64,000 bases of DNA from the NCBI GenBank assembly GCA_963975885.1, contig CAXBIS010000011.1:54977-118976 (forward strand), given 5' to 3'. A program made the position numbers and the translations under genes. Under the pieces are notes generated by a model. That model ran no database searches. It had not been told where the DNA came from and was given only the letters and a program-made list of their open reading frames with translations. Positions 19,243-26,952 of the stretch are shown here, in pieces (position 1 is the first letter of the stretch; the number at the start of each line of letters is the position of its first letter). The DNA comes from an uncultured Azoarcus sp. Lineage in GTDB: Bacteria > Pseudomonadota > Gammaproteobacteria > Burkholderiales > Rhodocyclaceae.

Positions 19243-20475
19243 CTAGCGTAGATTCGAACGGTCCAGCAACTGAACCAGTTCTCCGGATTGGAGCAGGACG
19301 TCGGCAAGGGCGAGCCGGGCCTGCTTTTCCAGAGCGATGCCCGCCGACAAACTATCCGCTCGCTGATTCAGGGCCTGCAGGTACTCGGTCGTTGAAAGGT
19401 CACCGCCGTTCCACTGCTGCCTGAGTAGATCAGAACTTTTCTCTATGCGTCCCTGCACGAGTTCTTGCCAGCGATCATATTGTTCTGCATAACGCCACCA
19501 GGCAGCGTGCGCGGCCCGCCAACTGAAACGTTGCTTGCGATATACATCTTGGAAGCGAGCCTCCGCTTCCAAAGCCATTTGCGAGGCAGCTCGCGTTTCG
19601 GCGCTGAAGTTGTTGCGTACGTTGAGCGGAATGGAGACAGCCACCCCCACGACGTGCTCGCCTCCATCGCGACCTGCATTGACGCCAAAAGTTGGCTTCG
19701 CCTTGGTGGAAAGTCGCACCACATCGGCTTCTCGCGTCAGGGTCTGCCAACGGGCCTGCGCGCCAGCCACCGCCGGGTGCTGCAACAGGTCCTGATCCGT
19801 AGTTGGCGCGGGCGCAGACGGCCAGAAACCGGCTGGAACGCCACCTTTCTCGGGAGTCCACTCCGGCAACAGTTCAGCCAAGCGAATTTCCGCTTTTCGT
19901 ATCGCCGCCTCGGCTTCGGCGACTTGCGCCAGCCGTTCCGACAATGACAGGAACGTCAGTTCGGCATCTACGCTACCCAGATCGCCCAAACGCTGACGTT
20001 TATCCACTTGCTCAAGGAGCTTGTCGAGAAAATTCTTTTGTTCCTTGGTAATGCTCGCGGCCTGACTGGCTGCTTCCCACTCCACCAACGCAGAGATCGC
20101 CTCGGCGGACTTCTCCAGCAACTGCTGCCGATAAAGCGCTTCGGCGGCACCCCGCATGAACATCGCCTTTTGTGTTTGCGCCCCCCGCTGGTCCCACCAG
20201 TCAATGGTCTGCCGGACTCCTACCCGGTAGTTGCTGGCACCCGCATTGCGCTCCAGGTCGGTCGAAAGCTCCGGGTTGAAGAGCGGCTGCTCGGCCGCAT
20301 CGGCACTGGCCTGGGTACCCAGCAGTTGCTCCCGGGCGGCTACTATTTGAGGGTGCTGTTCAATCTGGGAGTTAAACCAGACCGACCAACTCGACACATC
20401 CGCGTGGGCCAGCACGGAAAAAAAGCAGATGCATGCACCGAACAAAGCGCGCCCGAATTTGTGAAATCGACTCAT
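19243..20475 (-). CDS. czcC: outer-membrane efflux factor (CzcC/TolC family)
   Basis: From ATG 20475 (GGAGAA RBS): MSRFHKFGRALFGACICFFSVLAHA signal. About 410 aa with helical repeats typical of the OMF family. First gene of the C-B-A order. Confidence 0.8.
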   Translation of the reverse strand: MSRFHKFGRALFGACICFFSVLAHADVSSWSVWFNSQIEQHPQIVAAREQLLGTQASADAAEQPLFNPELSTDLERNAGASNYRVGVRQTIDWWDQRGAQTQKAMFMRGAAEALYRQQLLEKSAEAISALVEWEAASQAASITKEQKNFLDKLLEQVDKRQRLGDLGSVDAELTFLSLSERLAQVAEAEAAIRKAEIRLAELLPEWTPEKGGVPAGFWPSAPAPTTDQDLLQHPAVAGAQARWQTLTREADVVRLSTKAKPTFGVNAGRDGGEHVVGVAVSIPLNVRNNFSAETRAASQMALEAEARFQDVYRKQRFSWRAAHAAWWRYAEQYDRWQELVQGRIEKSSDLLRQQWNGGDLSTTEYLQALNQRADSLSAGIALEKQARLALADVLLQSGELVQLLDRSNLR

Positions 20476-20779
20476 GGTGATTCTCCTTCGTTTGGGCACC
20501 TCGAATAAGCCGAGGTTTCGGTAAATCCCGCCGCACAGCCATGAAAGCGAGGGGATGTTTCTCGTTCGCTTGGGCACAACTCACCGCTTTTCGCGGCGTC
20601 GTCGTCCCACTCGTGCGAGGATTCAGCTTGGGATATGGAAATATCTACTCCTCGCGCGCGTCAGCCAGCCTAGGCTTCGAGGCTCGTGGCTTTTGAGGAA
20701 ATCGGCGAGGAGCGCGGACGGAGGACGTCGGCCCGCAAGGGATGCGCGTAAATTTTGAACGCGATCTTTGGCCTCGCCG

Positions 20780-21124
20780 TTAGGCGACGAGGCTGGCCCA
20801 TTTGGGCCGTTCGATACGGGAAGGGGGAGACAGGGTGACAGGCAATTGCAGGTCCGCTACGGCCTGTCCGACAGACGCGTAAAGATCAAGATCGAATGCG
20901 ACGACTACTAGTGTCTTGGCGTGCAATTTGCACGTTGCGCAGTCCGGATGTTTGGACGACGGCGATTTCGGCTCGTCGCGATCATCATCGCGGTGGCTAT
21001 GGTCGTGGTGCCCGAAGTGCGATGCATCGGCACCCTGTTCGTGCTCGCAATAATCGCCTGCAACCGCCCAAACGGACTGAAGCGGCAACAAAGCAAACAG
21101 CAGGATGGCGATCCATCTATTCAT
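20780..21124 (-). CDS. small secreted His/Cys-rich protein, CzcI-like
   Basis: From ATG 21124: MNRWIAILLFALLPLQSVWA signal, then YCEHE...HFGHHDHSH...DCATCKLH...IERPKW. The size, motif layout and position upstream of czcC recall CzcI. This comes from memory of the family, not from a search. Confidence 0.5.
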   Translation of the reverse strand: MNRWIAILLFALLPLQSVWAVAGDYCEHEQGADASHFGHHDHSHRDDDRDEPKSPSSKHPDCATCKLHAKTLVVVAFDLDLYASVGQAVADLQLPVTLSPPSRIERPKWASLVA

Positions 21125-21232
21125 AAGTGTGATTATAGCATTCGCGCTCGTGCGCAAACAAACATGGGCGTTGCGCGGATTGCCGGCGCGAGGCGGCGGG
21201 CGTGTGCTCGAAGCCCGGGATCGACAGGGCAT

Positions 21233-21973
21233 TCATTTCGGTTCTTGCGGGCCGCAGCAGTTCTCCTTCCCTGTTTGCGCGCTTCGCCCGGAAGAGGCCT
21301 GCGGGACGCAGGAGGCGGGAGCTTCTGCGGTGCCGCCATCGATGCCGGCGTCGGTAACAGCGTTGGCGCGCCATTCCTGCAGGGACTCACGAATGATCTG
21401 TACCGCAGAATGCAGGAACAGCGCCGCGATCAGGAGGCCAACGAGGAGGTCCGGCCACAGACTTCCGGTGAGCGCGACCAGACCGGCTGCGGCGATCACG
21501 CTGCTGTTGGCGATCAGATCGTTGCGCGAACACAGCCACGTCGAGCGCATATTCAGATCATCGGCGCGGTGGCGATACAGCATGGCGGCGCAGAGGCCGT
21601 TGGCTAGCAGCGCCAGCGCGCCGACGGCGGCCATCCAGTCGGCGGCAGGGACTTCCTGCAGCATCAGTTTGCGCACCGCGTCGGCCACCACCACCACGCC
21701 GAAAAGCAGCATGAAGCCGCCCTTGAACATTGCTGCGCCAGCGCGTGCACGCGCTCCGCGGTGGAGCACGAACAGCGTCAGCGCATACACCGAGGCGTCG
21801 CCGAACATGTCGAGCGAATCCCCCAGCAACGCCGTCGAACGGGCAATCCAGCCAGCGGCGAATTCCACCACGAACATGGCTGCATTGATGGCCAGCACGA
21901 TGTAGAGTACGCGGCTCTGGCTGGCACGCAATTGCGCCAGTTCGCCAGCCTTGTTCTCGCAGCAACTATCCAT
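21233..21973 (-). CDS. short CDF-family cation transporter with terminal Cys pairs
   Basis: 246 aa. TM core with LLGDSLDMFGDASVY and SRNDLIANS motifs (CDF sites). N-terminal MDSCCE and C-terminal ENCCGP. Divergent from a MerR regulator. Confidence 0.75.
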   Translation of the reverse strand: MDSCCENKAGELAQLRASQSRVLYIVLAINAAMFVVEFAAGWIARSTALLGDSLDMFGDASVYALTLFVLHRGARARAGAAMFKGGFMLLFGVVVVADAVRKLMLQEVPAADWMAAVGALALLANGLCAAMLYRHRADDLNMRSTWLCSRNDLIANSSVIAAAGLVALTGSLWPDLLVGLLIAALFLHSAVQIIRESLQEWRANAVTDAGIDGGTAEAPASCVPQASSGRSAQTGKENCCGPQEPK

Positions 21974-22014
21974 GATCTTTTCCTGCCGAATCGAACACAG
22001 CGGCTAGCATGAAG

Positions 22015-22036
22015 CTTGTAGCGACTATAAGGTCAA
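22015..22036. promoter_or_regulatory. candidate MerR-type operator (imperfect dyad) overlapping a TTGACC -35 hexamer on the CDF-gene strand
   Basis: CTTGTAG-cga-CTATAAG (22015-22031) is an imperfect palindrome. TTGACC reads on the minus strand at 22036-22031. I could not find a convincing -10 hexamer. Confidence 0.3.
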
Positions 22037-22041
22037 GTCCC

Positions 22042-22467
22042 ATGAGCACGCGGACTTTCACCGTGGGGCAACTCGCGCAGGCCACGGGCACGCGTGCGGT
22101 GACCATCCGCTATTACGAACGCATCGGTCTGTTGCCGTCCGCCGCGCGCAATGCCTCTGGCTACCGGGTGTATACGGCGCAAGAGCGCGATCGCCTGCGC
22201 TTCGTCCGACGCAGCCGCGCGCTGGGCTTCAGCCTTGAAGACATCCGCGATTTGCTCGAACTGGCCGATCATCGCCGGTCCTCGTGCGCCGCGGTAGACG
22301 CGAAGATCACCCAGAAATTGGAACAGGTGCGCCAGAGCATATGCGACATGCAAGGCCTGGAACAGGAACTCGAACGCCTGTCGTCCTGCTGTCAGGGCGG
22401 CGTGATCGAGGAATGCCGCATCATCGAGTCGCTTGGATACGAGCCGGGCGACGGGCACCGCCGCTGA
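22042..22467 (+). CDS. MerR-family heavy-metal-responsive transcriptional regulator
   Basis: From ATG 22042: MSTRTFTVGQLAQATGTRAVTIRYYERIGLL (MerR HTH), then a coiled-coil dimerisation helix, then Cys cluster SSCA ... SSCCQGGVIEEC as in ZntR/CadR-type sensors. Confidence 0.85.
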   Translation: MSTRTFTVGQLAQATGTRAVTIRYYERIGLLPSAARNASGYRVYTAQERDRLRFVRRSRALGFSLEDIRDLLELADHRRSSCAAVDAKITQKLEQVRQSICDMQGLEQELERLSSCCQGGVIEECRIIESLGYEPGDGHRR

Positions 22468-22883
22468 TCAGGGAAACCTGCCGCAATCGCGTCACGGTTC
22501 AAAAGCGGCCACATGCCGATGGTGAATCACGCCGGAAGCCCCTCGTCCCGAGCGCGCAACTGAAAGGCGTTTTCGAGCCGCGCGAGCCGGGGCTTGTGGC
22601 CCGAAGCCACGTAGGCCTGAGCCTACGAGAGTTGCTTCAAGGGAAACTCGCGCAGCACTTCCGGGCGGCGGGCAACGGAAACCAGCCAAGGCGAGCGGTT
22701 TGTAATGATGGCCATGAGTACCTCATCGTCAGTTGAAGAGGACTCGTGTAAGCAACGGTTTTTATGGCGGGCGCACTGCGGTGTTGATTTTCGTGTCGCG
22801 CTCGTGTCGCGCCAAAACGAATTAGCGCGACACTGGGACGCAGTCCCAAGAGCGCGAGATAACGCAAACCCTTGATTAAAATC

Positions 22884-22913
22884 AAAAAATCCACTTCATG
22901 AGTGGCTTTTTTG
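22884..22913. terminator. short hairpin flanked by A- and T-runs downstream of tRNA-Pro
   Basis: AAAAAAT-CCACT-tcatg-AGTGG-CTTTTTTG. The stem is only 5 bp, hence the low confidence. Confidence 0.45.
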
Positions 22914-22923
22914 CGGGAATTGG

Positions 22924-23000
22924 TGGTCGGGGAAAGAGGATTCGAACCTCCGGCCCCTGCGTCCCGAACGCAGTGCTCTACCAGGCTGAGCTATTCCCCG
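22924..23000 (-). tRNA. tRNA-Pro (anticodon CGG)
   Basis: The reverse complement folds as a cloverleaf: acceptor CGGGGAA/TTCCCCG, D arm GCTC-AGCCTGGTA-GAGC, anticodon arm CTGCG-TTCGGGA-CGCAG, T arm GGAGG-TTCGAAT-CCTCT, then an encoded ACCA tail. 77 nt. Confidence 0.9.
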
Positions 23001-23035
23001 ACGCTTTGAAACCTGCTTTGAAACCCTTTGCAGCG

Positions 23036-24004
23036 CTAGAAATCTCGCTCAACTGCAAAGGCTGACAATTTTAGCAGCGCATCCTTGAAAACGGAAGGGG
23101 GCAAGTGCAACAAGGCTCCAGAAGCGAGTACGGACTCGGAACGCGCGAACGCCCGGGACGCTTCCAGCGCACCAGTGTCGCCGATGATGCTCAGGATGTC
23201 TCCGAAGGCGTCACGTTCGCCGTTCTCGATCGCCGCGCGCACGCGAGCGGTCTGCGCATTCGTTCCGCGCTGCATCGCCAGGATCAGCGGCAACGTCGGC
23301 TTGCCTTCGGCCAGGTCGTCTCCAAGGTGTTTCCCGGTAGCCGCCTCCTCCGAGGAATAGTCGAGCACGTCGTCGATGATCTGGAAGGCCGTGCCCAGAT
23401 GCATGCCGAAACTCGCCATTTCGCGCTCGGACGCATCGTCGACTTCGCCCAGGATCGCCCCCAGGCGCGCCGCAGCCTCGAACAGCTTGGCGGTCTTGTA
23501 GCGGATCACGCGCAGATAGCCGTCGAGTTCGACGTCGGCGTTGCGCACGTTGAGCAGTTGCAGGACCTCACCTTCGGCGATCACGTTGGTGGCGTCGGCG
23601 AGCACCTGCATGACGCGCATGTCGCCGACCCCGACCATCATCTGGAAGGCGCGGGAATACAGGAAGTCGCCTACAAGTACCGAGGCGGCGTTGCCGAACA
23701 CGGCATTGGCAGTGTCGCGGCCGCGACGCAAGTCCGACTCATCGACGACATCGTCGTGCAGCAGCGTCGCAGTGTGTATGAACTCGACCACGGCCGCGAG
23801 CTCGACTTGATCGCGACCGCGATAACCACAGGCTGCGGCGCACATCAGCACCAGGGCCGGACGCAGTCGTTTGCCCCCGCTGCCGACGATGTACTCGGCG
23901 ACCTGGCGCACCAGGACCACATCCGAATGCAGGCGCTGGCGAATGACATCGTCGACCGCCTGCATGTCGGCGCCGATCGGCGCAAGGAGTTGCTGGATCG
24001 TCAA
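23036..24004 (-). CDS. ispB: octaprenyl-diphosphate synthase
   Basis: Polyprenyl synthase motifs LLHDDVVDESDLRRG and FQIIDDVLDY are present. I prefer the TTG start at 24004 (…TIQQLLAPIGADMQAV, which matches the spacing of IspB N-termini). The track start GTG 24088 remains possible. Confidence 0.85.
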   Translation of the reverse strand: MTIQQLLAPIGADMQAVDDVIRQRLHSDVVLVRQVAEYIVGSGGKRLRPALVLMCAAACGYRGRDQVELAAVVEFIHTATLLHDDVVDESDLRRGRDTANAVFGNAASVLVGDFLYSRAFQMMVGVGDMRVMQVLADATNVIAEGEVLQLLNVRNADVELDGYLRVIRYKTAKLFEAAARLGAILGEVDDASEREMASFGMHLGTAFQIIDDVLDYSSEEAATGKHLGDDLAEGKPTLPLILAMQRGTNAQTARVRAAIENGERDAFGDILSIIGDTGALEASRAFARSESVLASGALLHLPPSVFKDALLKLSAFAVERDF

Positions 24005-24166
24005 GATGGGGGGCCTGCTGGAAAAGGCGAGATGGTAGGGGCCGGCTCCGTGACGCGTCAAGAACGCGATCCGCGTCCGGCGTCGCACGGAGAATTTGAA
24101 TAATCGGTCTTCAAGATTGCCGCACTTCGGTCGTTAAGCGGTAGACGAACCACCAAAGCCGCATCC

Positions 24167-24544
24167 ATGCTTCTGCGAACCCGACTGCTCGTCTTACTGT
24201 GTGCGCCGCTGCTGGCCAGCTGCGACATGCTGTACGACGTGCTCGACATCCCCGACCCCGAGCGGCGCGCAGCGGCGGCCGAGGCCGAGGGCCGAGCCAT
24301 CGGCGGCGGTTGCCGGCATTCGGGACGCGCCCTCGAGGACTGTTACTCGCTCAATCCGCAGGTATCGAAGTCGGCCATCTTCGCCGGCTGGCGCGAGATG
24401 AACGACTACATGACGGAGAACAACCTGTCCGAGGTCCCGACGCGCATGGATCGCAATAGCGCGCAGGCACCGGCCTCGCGATCCCTGCCGTCAGCGAACG
24501 GCGCGGCGGGCTCAGACTCCCCGCTGCCAATCACGCGCCCCTGA
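24167..24544 (+). CDS. hypothetical lipoprotein
   Basis: Signal plus lipobox MLLRTRLLVLLCAPLLASC. 125 aa. No family recognised. Confidence 0.55.
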   Translation: MLLRTRLLVLLCAPLLASCDMLYDVLDIPDPERRAAAAEAEGRAIGGGCRHSGRALEDCYSLNPQVSKSAIFAGWREMNDYMTENNLSEVPTRMDRNSAQAPASRSLPSANGAAGSDSPLPITRP

Positions 24545-24557
24545 ATCTGACACGGCG

Positions 24558-25595
24558 TCACGGCGCCGGATTGGTGTGGCGAGCGTGGATTTCGTCGATT
24601 TCTGCCAGCACATCCAGGTGCAGTATCACCTCTCGCGCCGCGAGATTCTCTTCCAGTTGTTCCAGTGTCGTCGCACCGATGACCGTGCTCGTAACGAAGC
24701 TCTGCCCGCATACAAACGCCAGCGCCAGCGTGGCCGGGCTCATGCCGTGTCGACGCGCCAGATCGGCATAGGCTTCGACCGCCGGTCGCACGCCCGGTGT
24801 CGCGTAGCGCTTTCCGAACGCAGGAAAGCGCGTCAACCGGGCACCGGCGGGCGGAACGCCCAGGTACTTGCCGCTCAAATGCCCGAAACCGAGCGGCGAG
24901 TATGCGAGCAGGCCGACGTGCTCACGATGGCACATCTCCGCAAGCCCGTACTCGAACACGCGCGAGAGCAGGCTATAGACGTTCTGGATCGACACGATGC
25001 GCGGCAGACCCAGTGCATCGGCCTGACGCAGAAACTCCATGACGCCCCAGGGATGCTCGTTGGACAGCCCGATGTAGCGGATGCGCCCCTCCTCGACCAG
25101 CCGCGCCAGCACCTCGAGTTGGGCGCGCACCGGCACGCATTCGCGCTCGGCCGAAGGGTCGTACCGCCATTCGCCGAACATCGGCTGATTCCGCTCCGGC
25201 CAGTGAATCTGGTAGAGGTCGATGTAGTCCGTGCCCAGACGCTCCAGACTGGCTTCGACCGCGGCGCGAAGATTGGCCTCGTCGAGCGCCAGCGGCCCGC
25301 CACGGATCCAGTCCATGCCACGCGCGGGGCCGGCCACCTTGGTCGCGACGACGAGGCGGTCGCGGCGCTGGCGTGCAAGCCAGCGTCCGACGATGCGCTC
25401 GGACTCGCCCTGCGTGGCGGCGCGCGCGGGCACCGGATACATCTCGGCGGTGTCGATGAAGTTGATTCCCGCGTCCAGCGCGCGATCGAGCTGATCGAAG
25501 GCCTGCGCGGCGTCGTTCTGTTCTCCGAAGGTCATCGTTCCGAGACACAGGCTCGAGACTTCCGGCCCACGCTCGCCGAGTCGGCGGTACTCCAT
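24558..25595 (-). CDS. NADP-dependent aldo/keto reductase (Tas-like)
   Basis: From ATG 25595: MEYRRLGERGPEVSSLCLGTMTFGE...INFIDTAEMY...IDLYQIHWP. 345 aa, AKR family. The Arg-rich 173-aa N-terminal extension in the track ORF is rejected. Confidence 0.85.
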   Translation of the reverse strand: MEYRRLGERGPEVSSLCLGTMTFGEQNDAAQAFDQLDRALDAGINFIDTAEMYPVPARAATQGESERIVGRWLARQRRDRLVVATKVAGPARGMDWIRGGPLALDEANLRAAVEASLERLGTDYIDLYQIHWPERNQPMFGEWRYDPSAERECVPVRAQLEVLARLVEEGRIRYIGLSNEHPWGVMEFLRQADALGLPRIVSIQNVYSLLSRVFEYGLAEMCHREHVGLLAYSPLGFGHLSGKYLGVPPAGARLTRFPAFGKRYATPGVRPAVEAYADLARRHGMSPATLALAFVCGQSFVTSTVIGATTLEQLEENLAAREVILHLDVLAEIDEIHARHTNPAP

Positions 25596-25696
25596 GAATG
25601 CACTCCCGTGAACTGGCGTTGGGCGGATGCGACAGTGGTCCGGGCGCGGCCGGCCACGTATCATCCGCGCACCCGCAAGATGATACAGGCGCTCCG

Positions 25697-26800
25697 ATGA
25701 CCCGCGAAGACACCCCAACCCCGCCCGAAGACGCCCACGCCTGGGGTCTGATCGCGCTGTGCCGGGCTGGTTTCGAGCGCGAACTCGCCGGCGAGCTCGA
25801 CGCCTTCGGTCGCGACTTGGGGCTGAACGGCTACGTGCGGGCCCACGAGGGCACGGGCTTCGCCGTGTTCGAGGCCGTCGAGGCCATCGATTTCGCCGAT
25901 CTGGCGCAATACTGCGACTGGCACGCACTGGTGTTTGCGCGCACGCTGATGCCATGGTTCGCGCGCGTTGACGATCTGCCTGACGATGACCGCGCCAGCC
26001 CCATCGTCGAAGCTGCGCGCGGCGCGGCGCAACGCTTCTCGACGGTCGCCATCGAGCACCCGGATTCGGACGCCGCGCGACCGCTGTCCGGCTTCTGCCG
26101 GCGCTTTGCCGCACCGCTTGCCAAGAAACTGTCGGCGCGCGGCGCGATGCGTACCAGCCGCAGCAACCTCGCCGCCCTGCACGTGATCTTCACCGACGAG
26201 AAGACCGCATGGCTCGCCGCGGCACGAGCCGATCGCGAGGCGCCGTGGCCAATGGGCATTGCGCGTCTGCGCATGCCGCGCGAGGCCGGCAGTCGCTCCA
26301 CGCTCAAGCTCGCGGAAGCGATTCTCGGGATGCTCACCGAAGAAGAACGCACGGTCGCGATGCGTGCCGGCATGCGCGCCGTTGACCTGGGCGCCGCACC
26401 CGGCGGCTGGAGCTGGCAACTGGCCTGGCGCGGGTTGCACGTCACGGCGGTCGACAACGGACCGATGGCCGAATCGGTGATGGCCACCAGCATGGTCGAA
26501 CATGTGCGCGCCGACGGCTTCACGTGGCGCCCCCGGCGCGCGGTGGACTGGCTGGTATGCGACATGGTCGAGCAGCCTTCACGCATCGCGTCGCTGATGG
26601 CCGAATGGATCGGCACCGCGCGCGCAAGGCATGCAATCTTCAACCTCAAGCTTCCGATGAAGCGCCGGCTGGACGCGGTGGCGCAATGTCGAAGCCTGAT
26701 CGAGAAGCGGCTGGCGAGTGTCGGCCCCTTCGACCTGCGCATCAAGCACCTGTATCACGACCGCGAGGAAGTCACCGCCTATCTCACGCTGCGCCGCTGA
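25697..26800 (+). CDS. rlmM: 23S rRNA (cytidine2498-2'-O)-methyltransferase
   Basis: From ATG 25697. THUMP-like N-terminal half, then AVDLGAAPGGWSWQL (SAM motif) and WLVCDMVEQPSRIA, as in RlmM/YgdE. Confidence 0.85.
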   Translation: MTREDTPTPPEDAHAWGLIALCRAGFERELAGELDAFGRDLGLNGYVRAHEGTGFAVFEAVEAIDFADLAQYCDWHALVFARTLMPWFARVDDLPDDDRASPIVEAARGAAQRFSTVAIEHPDSDAARPLSGFCRRFAAPLAKKLSARGAMRTSRSNLAALHVIFTDEKTAWLAAARADREAPWPMGIARLRMPREAGSRSTLKLAEAILGMLTEEERTVAMRAGMRAVDLGAAPGGWSWQLAWRGLHVTAVDNGPMAESVMATSMVEHVRADGFTWRPRRAVDWLVCDMVEQPSRIASLMAEWIGTARARHAIFNLKLPMKRRLDAVAQCRSLIEKRLASVGPFDLRIKHLYHDREEVTAYLTLRR

Positions 26801-26952
26801 CGCCAAGCCGGAAGGGCTTGACAGCAAAAGGAAAGCGCACGTCGCGTGTATAATCGCGACTTTGGTTGCACCGGGCGACGCTCGTTTTCCGGTGCCGGGC
26901 AACCCGCCCACGCGAACCGGCCCGAGCGCGGCCGCCAGGAACTGAACCGACC

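Noticed and set aside
22527-22715. A minus-strand frame, MAIITNRSPWLVSVARRPEVLREFPLKQLS*AQAYVASGHKPRLARLENAFQLRARDEGLPA, with one in-frame TAG.
   Set aside because: No family is recognised and there is no RBS. It is noted only as a possible gene remnant in the tRNA-Pro flank finding.
25596-26114. A 173-aa N-terminal extension of the aldo/keto reductase ORF (track ORF 24558-26114). Similar 5' extensions exist for moxR (1333), rlmM (25598), rhlE (26866), the EAL protein (28352), czcB (19307), czcC (20577), the czcI-like gene (21232), SulP (44795) and rplU (46660).
   Set aside because: The extensions are Arg/Pro-rich or overlap the neighbouring gene. Family-typical N-termini and RBS-like sequences occur at the internal start codons I used.
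26818-26854. A perfect TTGACA and a perfect TATAAT upstream of rhlE.
   Set aside because: The hexamers are 25 nt apart, too far to act as one sigma70 promoter. TATAAT alone (26849-26854, preceded by TG) may still be an extended -10 promoter, but I cannot support this from sequence alone.
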